Positions 10,897-20,410 are shown, counted from the stretch's first letter. The stretch is DNA of 44,605 nucleotides from a virus (IMGVR_UViG_2547132255_000004); one strand, 5' to 3'. The notes: generated by a model from the sequence alone, not told the origin. Translations and numbers: made by a program.

Positions 10897-11825
10897 ATGG
10901 CAAACACTGCTGAGATATTCAATTTTCCAGTGCCGGATGTGGCACAAAAGGAGCCGCGCGTGGCAGATCTCGATGATGGTTATACGCGCATTGCTAATGA
11001 GTTGCTGGAAGCTGTGATGCTGGCCGGATTAACACAGCACCAGCTTCTGGTCTTCCTGGCTGTCATGCGCAAAACATATGGCTTTAATAAAAAATGGATT
11101 GGGTGAGCAACGAGCAACTTTCCGAGTTAACCGGGATATTGCCGCACAAGTGTTCTGCTGCAAAAAGTGTTCTGGTAAAGCGTGGGATTTTGATTCAGAG
11201 CGGGCGGAATATAGGCATTAATAATGTGGTCAGTGAATGGTCAACATTACCCGAATCAGGTAAGAAAAATAAAGTTTACCTGAAAGAGGTAAATTTACCT
11301 GAATCAGGTAAGAAAAGTTTACCCAAATCAGGTAAAGACGTTTACCCGAATCAGGTAAACACAAAAGACAAACTAACAAAAGACAATATAAAACCTTTTT
11401 CGTCCGAGAATTCTGTCGAATCCTCTGACCAGCCAGAAAACGATCTTCCTGTGGTGAAACCGGATGCTGCAATTCAGAGCGGCAGCAAGTGGGGGACAGC
11501 AGAAGACCTGACCGCCGCAGAGTGGATGTTTGACATGGTGAAGACCATCGCGCCATCAGCCAGAAAACCGAATTTTGCAGGGTGGGCTAACGATATCCGC
11601 CTGATGCGAGAACGTGACGGACGTAACCACCGCGACATGTGTGTACTGTTCCGCTGGGCATGCCAGGACAACTTCTGGTCCGGTAACGTGCTGAGTCCGG
11701 CCAAACTCCGCGACAAGTGGACCCAGCTCGAAATCAACCGAAACAAGCAACAGGCTGGCGTGACAGCCGGCAAACCAAAACTCGACCTGACGAACACTGA
11801 CTGGATTTACGGGGTGGAGCTATGA
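10897..11825 (+). pseudogene. O: Replication initiator O (lambda O-like), split by a frameshift at an A6 run near 11089-11094
   Basis: N-terminal part (MANTAEIFNF...VADLDDGYTRIANELLEA...LAVMRKTYGFNKK) matches the lambda O N-terminus in ORF 10807..11106; the rest (SNEQLSELTGILPHKC...) continues in ORF 11094..11825 in another frame; iterons lie inside. Confidence 0.75.
11247..11360 (+). repeat. Origin-of-replication iterons (four 18-19-bp direct repeats) inside O, followed by an AT-rich stretch
   Basis: TTACCCGAATCAGGTAAG / TTACCTGAATCAGGTAAG / TTACCCAAATCAGGTAAAG / TTACCCGAATCAGGTAAAC at about 11247, 11295, 11319, 11342; each has internal dyad TTACC...GGTAA; A-rich region 11360-11405; same layout as lambda ori. 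Confidence 0.75.
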
Positions 11826-12523
11826 AAAACATCGCCGCACAGATGGTTAACTTTGACCGTGAGCAGATGCGTCGGATCGCCAACAACATGCCGGAACAGT
11901 ACGACGAAAAGCCGCAGGTACAACAGGTAGCGCAGATCATCAATGGTGTGTTCAGCCAGTTACTGGCAACTTTCCCAGCGAGCCTGGCTAACCGGGACCA
12001 GAACGAACTGAACGAAATCCGCCGCCAGTGGGTGCTGGCTTTCCGGGAAAACGGGATCACCACAATGGAACAGGTTAACGCAGGAATGCGCGTAGCCCGT
12101 CGGCAGAATCGACCATTCCTGCCATCACCCGGGCAGTTTGTTGCCTGGTGCCGGGAAGAAGCATCCGTTACCGCCGGGCTGCCAAACGCCAGCGAGCTGG
12201 TTGATATGGTTTACGAGTATTGCCGGAAGCGTGGCCTGTATCCGGACGCAGAGTCTTATCCATGGAAATCGAACGCGCACTACTGGCTGGTTACCAACCT
12301 GTACCAGAACATGCGAGCCAATGCGCTGACTGACGCGGAATTACGGCGCAAGGCTGCTGATGAACTGACCTGTATGACAGCGCGAATTAACCGTGGTGAG
12401 GCTATACCTGAACCAGTAAAACAACTTCCTGTCATGGGCGGTAGACCTCTAAATCGTGCACAGGCTCTGGCGAAGATCGCAGAAATTAAAGCTAAGTTCG
12501 GACTGAAAGGAGCCAGTGTATGA
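11822..12523 (+). CDS. P: Replication protein P (DnaB helicase loader)
   Basis: 233-aa protein recognised as near-identical to lambda P (MKNIAAQMVNFDREQMRRIANNMPEQYDEKPQVQQ...KFGLKGASV). Confidence 0.95.
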   Translation: MKNIAAQMVNFDREQMRRIANNMPEQYDEKPQVQQVAQIINGVFSQLLATFPASLANRDQNELNEIRRQWVLAFRENGITTMEQVNAGMRVARRQNRPFLPSPGQFVAWCREEASVTAGLPNASELVDMVYEYCRKRGLYPDAESYPWKSNAHYWLVTNLYQNMRANALTDAELRRKAADELTCMTARINRGEAIPEPVKQLPVMGGRPLNRAQALAKIAEIKAKFGLKGASV

Positions 12524-12813
12524 CGGGAAAAGAAGCAATTATTCATTACCTGGGAACGCATAAGAGCTTCTGTGTGCAGGACGTTGCTGCGGTAACAGGC
12601 GCAACAGTAACCAGCATCAATCAGGTAGCAGCCAAAATGGCACGGGCCAGAATTCTAGTTATTGATGGCAAGGTCTGGCGAACGGTGTATTACCGGTTCG
12701 CTACCAGGGAGGAGCGGGAAGGAAAGGTGAGCACGAACCTGATTTTCAAGGAGTGTCGCCAGAGTGCCGTGATGAAACGGGTATTGATGTTTTGGGGGAG
12801 GGTAGGGGTATGA
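12520..12813 (+). CDS. ren: Ren protein
   Basis: 97-aa protein MTGKEAIIHYLGTH...VWRTVYYRFATREEREGK... matches lambda Ren; start overlaps the P stop. Confidence 0.9.
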   Translation: MTGKEAIIHYLGTHKSFCVQDVAAVTGATVTSINQVAAKMARARILVIDGKVWRTVYYRFATREEREGKVSTNLIFKECRQSAVMKRVLMFWGRVGV

Positions 12814-13100
12814 GCGAAACGTTATGAGTGTGTGGGTATTCGTGCCATTGCGATGTGGTAGAGAGTGCTGAGGGCGTCATGGTTGTGTTGCGAAGACTAC
12901 GTTGCACTTGAGCAGGATCTTGCAGAATTTGAGCGCGAGTTCCGTGTTGCTGATGCGACTATACCCTCGATGTAGAGGAACTTAATTAGCTGATTGTAAT
13001 TCAATATGCCTACTAAGACCGGTTGGGTATGAACTAGTAAAGGCTGCAAAATCCTATAGAGTGTTAACGCAACCAAAAACGTTAAGCACGGAGAAAAAAC

Positions 13101-13853
13101 ATGGATCCTAAATTACTGTATGCCACGTTTAAACGAAATGACGCACCAGCTTGGCGCTGCCCGAACTGTATGAATGAAACACTGGAGATTGTCGCTGATA
13201 GTTTTGTAGAAACTGATTCAAGCGCAACAACTCAGTTTAGAGATGAAGTATGGTTTGATGAGGAAATGTCGGGAGGAGTATTCAGTTGCGTGCTGCGCTG
13301 TACCCGCCAAGCCTGCCAGGAGAAGGTTGCTTTGTCTGGGCAGGTTGTTGTTGTAGAATGCTTCAATGACGAAATGACGGAGCGTTGGTATGTTTCTGGT
13401 TTCCGTCCTAAGTATTTCTATCCACCACTTCCTCTATTCCTGTTTCCTGAAAAGTGCCCTGAAGATATAGCTGATCTCTTGGCGGAAGTATCAGCTCTGA
13501 TCCCCTCGCACCCAGCTTCAGCGGTGAACACCATGAGAACCATACTGGAGATGATGCTTGATAGTCTTGATGTACCAAGAGAGAAAACAGTTAAAGGCAA
13601 GATAATACGTCTTTCTACGCATGAAAGAATCACAAATTATTCAGATAAACTGGGACCAAATAAAGATGCATTCATGGCGTTAAAGTGGTTGGGGAATCAC
13701 GGCAGTCATGGAGGGATTAAAGTCACAAGGTCCTCTATTAATGATGCCTGCATTCTCATTGGTCATTTGATTGACTTCTTATTCTTAGAAAGCCCGGATG
13801 TAACTATTCATATTGAACGGATAAACAACGTGTATGCACCCAAAAAGGAGTAA
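13101..13853 (+). CDS. Hypothetical 250-aa protein with N-terminal zinc-ribbon-like cysteine cluster
   Basis: CPNC...(about 38 aa)...CVLRCTRQAC cysteine pattern; RBS GGAG upstream; C-terminal region contains LKWLGNHGSHGG; sits in the cargo position between ren and ninB. Confidence 0.6.
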   Translation: MDPKLLYATFKRNDAPAWRCPNCMNETLEIVADSFVETDSSATTQFRDEVWFDEEMSGGVFSCVLRCTRQACQEKVALSGQVVVVECFNDEMTERWYVSGFRPKYFYPPLPLFLFPEKCPEDIADLLAEVSALIPSHPASAVNTMRTILEMMLDSLDVPREKTVKGKIIRLSTHERITNYSDKLGPNKDAFMALKWLGNHGSHGGIKVTRSSINDACILIGHLIDFLFLESPDVTIHIERINNVYAPKKE

Positions 13854-14108
13854 AACGTAACGCCATGTCGAAGCGGAATATTGCCGCTAAAACACAAGAA
13901 GAGCGCGAGAAGGTTAACGTTGACCTTGCTGTCTCCTGAGTGGCCTACAAAGAGCGCCTTAATATACCGGTTATTGCCGAAGCGGTGATGCGTGAGCAGC
14001 CTGAGCATTTGCGGGGCTATTTTTTGGGGCGGCCACGACATTACCGCGAGCAGACATCGCTCTGCCCAAGGCATCCGCCCCTCGACATCTTAAGCAGGAA
14101 GGTGAAAA

Positions 14109-14591
14109 ATGATAAGTGCAGAAGGACTGCAGCGGTTACTTAATTTATCGGAGCCTCCATCTGATGAACTGATTGATGTTTATCTTCAATTCAGCATGAT
14201 TTTTCCTAGGGTCGAGCAAAGTTTTTTTGGTGGCTTTGCTAAGGGGGAAGACAGTTTAAATTATGCTCGAACGTTACTTGACGCCGGGATAAAGGTGCCC
14301 AACGAACTTTTTCACGATTTTAAGCAGAGATACATTTTGAACGGGGATGCGCAGGAAAGACTTGACGCCCTCTGTTTCGGTCGAGAGAGAGATAAGCGGG
14401 GAATAGTTAATGGGCTTCAAAATGACGCAGCAACAGATCTAAACACCATGTCTACAGTATTAAAGATAGTTATAAGGATAAGAAATAACCTTTTCCACGG
14501 GAATAAAGACGCTTATCTTTTTGTTGATTCTCAAGAGCAAGCGCAACTATTGAGATGGTGCGTGAGATTTCTCCAAGGATTATTAAATTAA
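14109..14591 (+). CDS. Hypothetical 160-aa protein with C-terminal Rx4H (HEPN-like) motif
   Basis: [14 protein letters not shown] near the C-terminus fits the HEPN R-x4-6-H signature; second gene of the ren-ninB cargo. Confidence 0.55.
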   Translation: MISAEGLQRLLNLSEPPSDELIDVYLQFSMIFPRVEQSFFGGFAKGEDSLNYARTLLDAGIKVPNELFHDFKQRYILNGDAQERLDALCFGRERDKRGIVNGLQNDAATDLNTMSTVLKIVIRIRNNLFHGNKDAYLFVDSQEQAQLLRWCVRFLQGLLN

Positions 14592-14780
14592 TCTGCCTTT
14601 GATTTTCACTAATCAACTCGCCATAATCATGTCATCGGAGCCTGAACAACTCCGGTGACTTCTGCGCTAAACGGGGACGTTTATGCGCACATACAATCCA
14701 AACTCTCTTCTCCCTTCACAGATGCAGAAATGCACCTGCGATTTTTTGCATCCAGCGTCTGACCTCTGTGGAGGTGAAGC

Positions 14781-15236
14781 GTGAACCTACCACAAGATGG
14801 CATCAAACTGCATCGCGGTAACTTCACCGCTATCGGTCAGCAGATCCAGCCTTATCTGGAGGACGGCAAATGCTTTCGCATGGTGCTTAAACCGTGGCGC
14901 GAGAGACGCAGTCTTTCCCAGAATGCACTTAGCCACATGTGGTACAGCGAAATCAGTGAATACCTCATAAGCAGGGGGAAATCGTTCGCTACTGCAGCAT
15001 GGGTAAAAGATGCTCTCAAACACACATACCTCGGTTATGAAACCAAAGACCTGGTTGATGTCGTAACCGGTGAAATCACCACTATTCAGTCGTTACGCCA
15101 TACCTCCGATCTTGATACCGGAGAGATGTATGTCTTCCTGTGTAAGGTTGAAGCCTGGGCGATGAATATTGGCTGCCACCTGACTATTCCGCCGAGCTGC
15201 GAGTTCCAGCTGCTGCGCGACAAGCAGGAGGCGTAA
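14781..15236 (+). CDS. ninB: NinB-family recombination protein
   Basis: 151-aa protein with RSLSQN...W motif resembling lambda NinB (orf146); GTG start with RBS GGAGG. Confidence 0.75.
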   Translation: MNLPQDGIKLHRGNFTAIGQQIQPYLEDGKCFRMVLKPWRERRSLSQNALSHMWYSEISEYLISRGKSFATAAWVKDALKHTYLGYETKDLVDVVTGEITTIQSLRHTSDLDTGEMYVFLCKVEAWAMNIGCHLTIPPSCEFQLLRDKQEA

Positions 15237-15407
15237 TGGCTACACCGCTTATTCGTGTCATGAACGGGCACATTTACAGAGTACCAAATCGTCGTAAGCG
15301 TAAACCTGAGCTGAAGCCTTCCGAAATACCAACACTGCTCGGATATACCGCCAGCCTGGTTGATAAAAAATGGTTGCGACTGGCAGCAAGGAGGAATCAT
15401 GGCTGAT
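15237..15407 (+). CDS. ninE: NinE-like small protein (about 56 aa)
   Basis: Manual translation [28 protein letters not shown]...[16 protein letters not shown] resembles lambda NinE (KWLRxxARK tail); below the ORF-track size cutoff; coordinates approximate. Confidence 0.55.
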
Positions 15408-15689
15408 TTGAGAAAAGCAGCGCGTGGTCGGGAATGCCAGGTAAGAATCCCTGGCGTATGTAATGGCAACCCTGAAACGTCTGTACTGGCACATATCCGG
15501 CTGACTGGATTGTGCGGCACCGGTACCAAACCGCCAGACCTGATTGCCACCATTGCATGTTCTGCCTGCCACGACGAAATCGACCGCCGCACACATTTTG
15601 TCGATGCTGCATATGCAAAAGAATGCGCGCTGGAAGGTATGGCGAGAACACAGGTTATCTGGCTGAAAGAGGGGGTTATTAAGGCGTGA
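15399..15689 (+). CDS. ybcO: YbcO-like cysteine-rich putative nuclease (about 96 aa)
   Basis: ORF 15360..15689; probable start at the internal Met ([23 protein letters not shown]...) overlapping the ninE end; conserved cysteines; position between ninE and rusA as in DLP12. Confidence 0.6.
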   Translation: MADLRKAARGRECQVRIPGVCNGNPETSVLAHIRLTGLCGTGTKPPDLIATIACSACHDEIDRRTHFVDAAYAKECALEGMARTQVIWLKEGVIKA

Positions 15690-16048
15690 ATACCTACAGC
15701 ATCACATTACCCTGGCCTCCGAGCAATAATCGCTATTACCGCCATAATCGCGGGCGCACGCACGTCAGCGCAGAGGGGCAGGCATACCGCGATAACGTCG
15801 CCCGAATCATTAAAAACGCAATGCTGGATATCGGCCTGGCTATGCCTGTGAAAATCCGCATTGAGTGCCACATGCCGGATCGCCGTCGCCGTGACCTGGA
15901 TAATCTGCAAAAAGCCGCTTTTGACGCACTCACTAAAGCAGGTTTCTGGCTGGATGATGCTCAGGTCGTTGATTACCGCGTTGTGAAGATGCCTGTTACC
16001 AAAGGTGGGAGGCTGGAACTGACCATCACCGAAATGGGGAATGAATGA
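15686..16048 (+). CDS. rusA: Holliday junction resolvase RusA
   Basis: 120-aa protein [37 protein letters not shown]...[13 protein letters not shown]... recognised as RusA. Confidence 0.92.
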   Translation: MNTYSITLPWPPSNNRYYRHNRGRTHVSAEGQAYRDNVARIIKNAMLDIGLAMPVKIRIECHMPDRRRRDLDNLQKAAFDALTKAGFWLDDAQVVDYRVVKMPVTKGGRLELTITEMGNE

Positions 16049-16185
16049 TGTTTGAGTTTTATATGGCAGAACTTCTTCGCCGCCGCTGGGTGCGCCTGCG
16101 CTTATATCGTTTTCCTGGTTCTGTTTTGACCGATTACCGAATACTGAAGAATTACGCCAAAACCCTGACAGGAGCAGGAGTATGA
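16045..16185 (+). CDS. ylcG: Small protein (about 46 aa), YlcG-like by position
   Basis: Manual [49 protein letters not shown] with ATGA overlap of the rusA stop; below the size cutoff; coordinates approximate. Confidence 0.4.
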   Translation: MMFEFYMAELLRRRWVRLRLYRFPGSVLTDYRILKNYAKTLTGAGV

Positions 16186-16255
16186 AGTCAGAGATAACAA
16201 TCAACTAATACTGTTTTGTTGATTTTTGCTTGTAATTGGCGTTCTGGTCTGATTT

Positions 16256-16654
16256 TTGTGGAGTAAGTTGATGCGTGATATTCAGATGGTTCTTGAGCGT
16301 TGGGGAGCGTGGGCGGCTAATAATCATGAAGATGTGACCTGGTCGTCCGTTGCCGCCGGTTTTAAGGGATTAATTCCTTCAAAAGTAAAATCTCGCCCGC
16401 AATGTTGTGACGATGACGCGATGATCATTTGCGGGTGCATGGCCCGTCTGAAAAAGAACAACAGCGATTTACACGATTTATTAGTAGATTATTATGTATG
16501 TGGTATGACATTCATGTCACTGGCAAGTAAGCATTGCTGCTCGGATGGTTATATCGGGAAAAGGTTACAGAAGGCTGAGGGCATAATTGAAGGGATGTTA
16601 ATGGCATTAGATATCCGGTTAGATATGGATATCGTTGCTAATAATTCTAATTGA
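16256..16654 (+). CDS. Q: Late-gene antiterminator Q (phage 82/DLP12 QuuD-type)
   Basis: Protein ...[24 protein letters not shown]...[17 protein letters not shown]... resembles the 82-type Q family; the ORF-track start is a TTG, the probable real start is the ATG at about 16271. Confidence 0.85.
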   Translation: MWSKLMRDIQMVLERWGAWAANNHEDVTWSSVAAGFKGLIPSKVKSRPQCCDDDAMIICGCMARLKKNNSDLHDLLVDYYVCGMTFMSLASKHCCSDGYIGKRLQKAEGIIEGMLMALDIRLDMDIVANNSN

Positions 16655-16686
16655 TATGCAATTGTTTACTAAAAGTTATTAAAAAT

Positions 16687-16704
16687 GGGGCGTGGAAACG
16701 CCCC
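16687..16704 (-). terminator. Hairpin with downstream U-run on the minus strand (possible terminator for the nmpC transcript)
   Basis: GGGGCG-tggaaa-CGCCCC; on the minus strand it is followed by ATTTTT. Confidence 0.35.
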
Positions 16705-16791
16705 CAAAATAAAGGGTAATATATAACAGAAGGTTTATATAGTAAGAAGCAAGGTAGTGCTTCTAAAGGAAGTGGCTTGAGGGCTCCACTT

Positions 16792-16831
16792 ATATGTTGC
16801 GGAGGCAAAGCCTCCCGCAACATATCTTTTT
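16792..16831 (+). terminator. Rho-independent terminator on the plus strand, about 140-180 nt downstream of Q (candidate tR'-like late terminator)
   Basis: Long near-perfect stem ATATGTTGCGGAGGC-aaa-GCCTCCCGCAACATAT followed by CTTTTT. Confidence 0.55.
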
Positions 16832-16842
16832 CGTAAGTCAGA

Positions 16843-17925
16843 TTAGAACTGATAAACCAGACCTACAGCGACGATGTCGTCGGTATCAATACCAGCTGTT
16901 TTGGTAAACTTACTATCGTCAATTAAGTTGATTTTGTAATCAACAAAAGTGGACATGTTTTTATTAAAGTAGTAAGTAGCACCGACATCGACATACTTGA
17001 CTAAGTCTCGGTCACCATGAACACCAAGGTCTTTACCTTTTGACTGAAGGTAAGCAACAGATGGTCGCAGACCGAAGTCAAACTGATATTGTGCTACTGC
17101 TTCAAAGTTTTGTGCTTTGTTTGCAATATGGTTATTACCAAAAACGGTCATATTCTGAGTTTCAGAATATGTGGTAGCCAGATAGATATTGTTCGCATCA
17201 TATTTCAGGCCTGCAGCCCATACTTCCGCATTTTTGCCGGAGGCATTGAATTTGCTCTTACCATAGGCGACCTGACCGTCAGTGCGATCTGATTTAGCAT
17301 AGGTTGCACCCACGCCGAATCCTTCATACTCATAAGTAGTGGAGAAACCGAAACCATCACCATTGGCTTCAGTTACGTCAGTGCGGTCATTTTTACCCTG
17401 ATACTGAGCAGCAAAGTTCAGGCCATCGACCAGACCAAAGAAGTCGTTGTTACGATAAGTTGCAACACCAGTAGTGCGACCAGTCATGAACACATCTGTT
17501 TGGGTCCAGGTATCACCACCGAATTCTGGCAGGACGTCAGTCCACGCACCGATGTCGTATGCTACACCGTAGTTACGGCCGTAATCGATTGAGCCGTAAT
17601 CACCAAATTTCAGGCCTGCAAATGCAAGACGGGTTTTGTCTTTGGAAGAACCTTGAGATTCAGCACGGTTGCCTTTGAATTCATATTCCCACTGACCGAA
17701 ACCAGTCAGTTGATCGTTGATTTGGGTTTCACCTTTGAAGCCAAGACGGGCATAAGTAGTATCACCATCATCTGCATCATTAGAGGAGAAGTAGTGCTTG
17801 GCATTAACTTTCCCGTATAGATCCAGCTTGTTACTGTCTTTATTATAAATTTCAGCTGCCTGAGCAGACATCGCCATCAGTACTGATGCAGCTACAGCAG
17901 AAATTGCCACTGTTAATTTTTTCAT
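16843..17925 (-). CDS. nmpC: Outer-membrane general porin, OmpC/OmpF family (NmpC/Lc-type prophage porin)
   Basis: 360-aa protein with signal peptide ([23 protein letters not shown]), porin motifs and C-terminal ...VAVGLVYQF; located between Q and the holin as nmpC is in DLP12. Confidence 0.92.
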   Translation of the reverse strand: MKKLTVAISAVAASVLMAMSAQAAEIYNKDSNKLDLYGKVNAKHYFSSNDADDGDTTYARLGFKGETQINDQLTGFGQWEYEFKGNRAESQGSSKDKTRLAFAGLKFGDYGSIDYGRNYGVAYDIGAWTDVLPEFGGDTWTQTDVFMTGRTTGVATYRNNDFFGLVDGLNFAAQYQGKNDRTDVTEANGDGFGFSTTYEYEGFGVGATYAKSDRTDGQVAYGKSKFNASGKNAEVWAAGLKYDANNIYLATTYSETQNMTVFGNNHIANKAQNFEAVAQYQFDFGLRPSVAYLQSKGKDLGVHGDRDLVKYVDVGATYYFNKNMSTFVDYKINLIDDSKFTKTAGIDTDDIVAVGLVYQF

Positions 17926-18352
17926 TGTACGCCCTTTTTTTTGAACTATTATTAAAAAATGATGTCACTGCGCGATAAATATTCATCTAATCAATGCGAT
18001 TATTTCAAGATTTAAGTTTTAGTTTCTCATTTAATTTGTGAAGTAGATCTCTATTTTTATCTGAACCTTTTCTATCTAATCCTATTCATGGCTCTTGTTT
18101 GAACGAAAATAAATCTATTAGCTAATTTATATTAATGGCACTTATTTATAAGCGCTCTATAATTCTTTAGCTTAATTTAAACAAACTAAAAATAACATCG
18201 GAAATTATTCATTGGTTATTTGTTGAAGTTTTCTTATGTATTTGTGGTGGTGTTTTGAACACTCGGTGGCATTCTCACAAATATCATTTAGTAGTTTACG
18301 TACGTAAAAAATTGGTTATGCTGTTAAGAGTGGTTACTTCGTCACACAGCTT

Positions 18353-18386
18353 AAACCCGCCGTCGAGCGGGTTTTTCCATTTTTTG
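18353..18386 (+). terminator. Hairpin plus T-run on the plus strand about 130 nt upstream of the holin gene
   Basis: AAACCCGC-cgtcga-GCGGGTTT followed by TTCCATTTTTTG. Confidence 0.4.
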
Positions 18387-18514
18387 AGTCTCGATATTAG
18401 CTGATAACCCAATACCTGAGTTATTCACTGACTCCGAATCTGTTACGTTTCTGCCTTTATTGCGATACGTAGTATCCCCTTAATTTACACCCGCTTTGTC
18501 TGCGAGGTGGGGTT

Positions 18515-18730
18515 ATGAAATCCATGGATAAGTTAACAACGGGTGTCGCCTATGGTACCTCAGCAGGTAGTGCCGGGTACTGGTTTTTACAGTTGCTCGA
18601 TAAAGTCACGCCCTCACAGTGGGCGGCAATAGGTGTGCTGGGTAGCCTGGTATTTGGCCTGCTGACGTACCTGACAAACCTTTATTTCAAGATTAAAGAA
18701 GATAAGCGTAAGGCTGCACGGGGAGAGTAA
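18515..18730 (+). CDS. S: Holin, phage 21 S21 / EssD-type (class II)
   Basis: 71-aa protein [26 protein letters not shown]...[33 protein letters not shown] matches S21-family holins. Confidence 0.9.
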
Positions 18731-18734
18731 TTCA

Positions 18735-19049
18735 ATGACTCAAAACTATGAACTGATTGTGAAAGGGATCCGCAATTTTGAGAATAAAGTTACGGTAACT
18801 TTAGCGTTACGGGACAAAAAACGCTTTGACGGTGAAATTTTTGACCTGGACATCTCGCTGGACCGTGTTGAAGGTGCCGCGCTGGAGTTTTATGAGGCTG
18901 CAGCCAGAAGGAGCATCAGACAGGTCTTCCTGGATGTTGCTGCCGGGTTATGTGAAGGGGACGAGCTGTTGCCAGAAACGCGCCCCTGTTCAGAGGCGCG
19001 GTATACCATAAAAATTAACAGTTCAGATAACTCGATTACTGGTTGTTAG
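18735..19049 (+). CDS. Hypothetical 104-aa protein between holin and endolysin (YdfR-like by position and size)
   Basis: ORF starting 5 nt after the holin stop; the Qin prophage carries a similar-sized gene (ydfR) between holin and lysozyme; assignment is by position only. Confidence 0.45.
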   Translation: MTQNYELIVKGIRNFENKVTVTLALRDKKRFDGEIFDLDISLDRVEGAALEFYEAAARRSIRQVFLDVAAGLCEGDELLPETRPCSEARYTIKINSSDNSITGC

Positions 19050-19418
19050 CCTTTTGTTTCAGTTGGTTTTCCAATATCTTTCATTGGTAGCAGCATTTCC
19101 AGATTGCTTTTGATATATGGATTATTTACATGTTCATTTAATTGATGAATGATTCCATTTTTTCATTCTGGTCCAATACGGAAAATATTACTGTAATCAT
19201 ATATTTAAGAGCTTCAATTTCTTTTGCTGTTGATGCAGGAGATGAGCAGTCAGCTGTAATATTGATAAAAACTTCTTTTTGCATATCAAATCCTCAGATG
19301 GGGTAGCTCAGCCAGCATCCCCCATAATCCTTAACCAGAGCGCCAGTGTCCTACCACTGACGGGCTGAATGCTTAACATATCCAGGGTTCAGAAACCGAT
19401 AAATCCTGATAAATATCC

Positions 19419-19952
19419 ATGAACGTAAAAATCAGATACGGCCTGTCGGCTGCTGTTCTGGCGCTGATTGCCGCAGGCGCGTCTGCTCCTCAGATACTTG
19501 ACCAGTTTCTGGACGAAAAAGAGGGTAACCACACAAAGGCATACCGCGATGGTTCCGGCATATGGACCATTTGCCGGGGTGCCACGGTGGTGGATGGTAA
19601 ACCTGTTATTCCGGGCATGAAACTGTCGAAGGAAAAATGCGCCCAGGTTAACGCCATTGAGCGGGATAAGGCGCTGGCATGGGTGGAGCGTAATATAAAA
19701 GTTCCACTGACCGAGCCACAAAAAGCAGGTATCGCGTCATTTTGCCCCTATAACATTGGCCCCGGTAAGTGTTTCCCGTCGACGTTTTATAAGCGGCTTA
19801 ATGCCGGTGATCGTAAAGGTGCCTGTGAGTCGATTCGCTGGTGGATTAAGGACGGTGGGCGTGATTGCCGCACACGTTCAAATAACTGCTACGGACAGGT
19901 TATTCGTCGTGACCAGGAAAGCGCATTAGCCTGTTGGGGGATAGATCAGTGA
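19419..19952 (+). CDS. R: Endolysin, lysozyme family (RrrD-type, with N-terminal signal-arrest-release-like hydrophobic segment)
   Basis: 177-aa protein; N-terminal hydrophobic stretch ([16 protein letters not shown]) then E...D...T catalytic triad context ([22 protein letters not shown]); matches DLP12 RrrD from memory. Confidence 0.9.
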   Translation: MNVKIRYGLSAAVLALIAAGASAPQILDQFLDEKEGNHTKAYRDGSGIWTICRGATVVDGKPVIPGMKLSKEKCAQVNAIERDKALAWVERNIKVPLTEPQKAGIASFCPYNIGPGKCFPSTFYKRLNAGDRKGACESIRWWIKDGGRDCRTRSNNCYGQVIRRDQESALACWGIDQ

Positions 19953-20410
19953 GAAGAGTTGCCGCGATTATCTCCGCTCTGGTTATCTGCATCATCGTCT
20001 GCCTGTCTTGGGCTGTTAATCATTACCGCGATAACGCGATTACCTACAAAGCCCAGCGCGACAAAAATGCCAGAGAACTGACGCTGGCGAACGCGGCAAT
20101 TACTGACATACAGATGCGTCAGCGTGATGTTGCTGCGCTCGATGCAAAATACACGAAGGAGTTAGCTGATGCGAAAGCTGAAAATGATGCTCTGCGTGAT
20201 GATGTTGCCGCTGGTCGTCGTCGGTTGCACATCAAAGCAGTCTGTCAGTCAGTGCGTGAAGCCACCACCGCCTCCGGCGTGGATAATGCAGCCTCCCCCC
20301 GACTGGCAGACACCGCTGAACGGGATTATTTCACCCTCAGAGAGAGGCTGATCACTATGCAAAAACAACTGGAAGGAACCCAGAAGTATATTAATGAGCA
20401 GTGCAGATAG
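19934..20410 (+). CDS. Rz: Spanin inner-membrane subunit Rz
   Basis: Protein ...[49 protein letters not shown]...YINEQCR recognised as near-identical to lambda Rz. Confidence 0.92.
   Translation: MGDRSVRRVAAIISALVICIIVCLSWAVNHYRDNAITYKAQRDKNARELTLANAAITDIQMRQRDVAALDAKYTKELADAKAENDALRDDVAAGRRRLHIKAVCQSVREATTASGVDNAASPRLADTAERDYFTLRERLITMQKQLEGTQKYINEQCR
20169..20351 (+). CDS. Rz1: Spanin outer-membrane lipoprotein subunit Rz1, embedded in Rz in the +1 frame
   Basis: 60-aa ORF with lipoprotein signal (MLPLVVVGC) and proline-rich mature part ([18 protein letters not shown]), as for lambda Rz1. Confidence 0.85.
   Translation: MRKLKMMLCVMMLPLVVVGCTSKQSVSQCVKPPPPPAWIMQPPPDWQTPLNGIISPSERG

Noticed and set aside
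11230-11360. Short direct repeats that could superficially resemble a CRISPR array
   Set aside because: Only four or five repeats, spacers of about 5 and 30 nt, located inside the O coding sequence with O-like context; they are origin iterons, not CRISPR repeats.
15086-16204. 165-168-aa minus-strand ORFs overlapping ninB, ninE, ybcO and rusA
   Set aside because: Antisense to a tightly packed run of recognisable nin-region genes with overlapping start and stop codons; no RBS or homology signal.
19140-19286. 48-codon ORF on the minus strand between the ydfR-like gene and the endolysin
   Set aside because: Short, no convincing RBS, antisense to the late operon; mentioned in a finding but not called as a gene.
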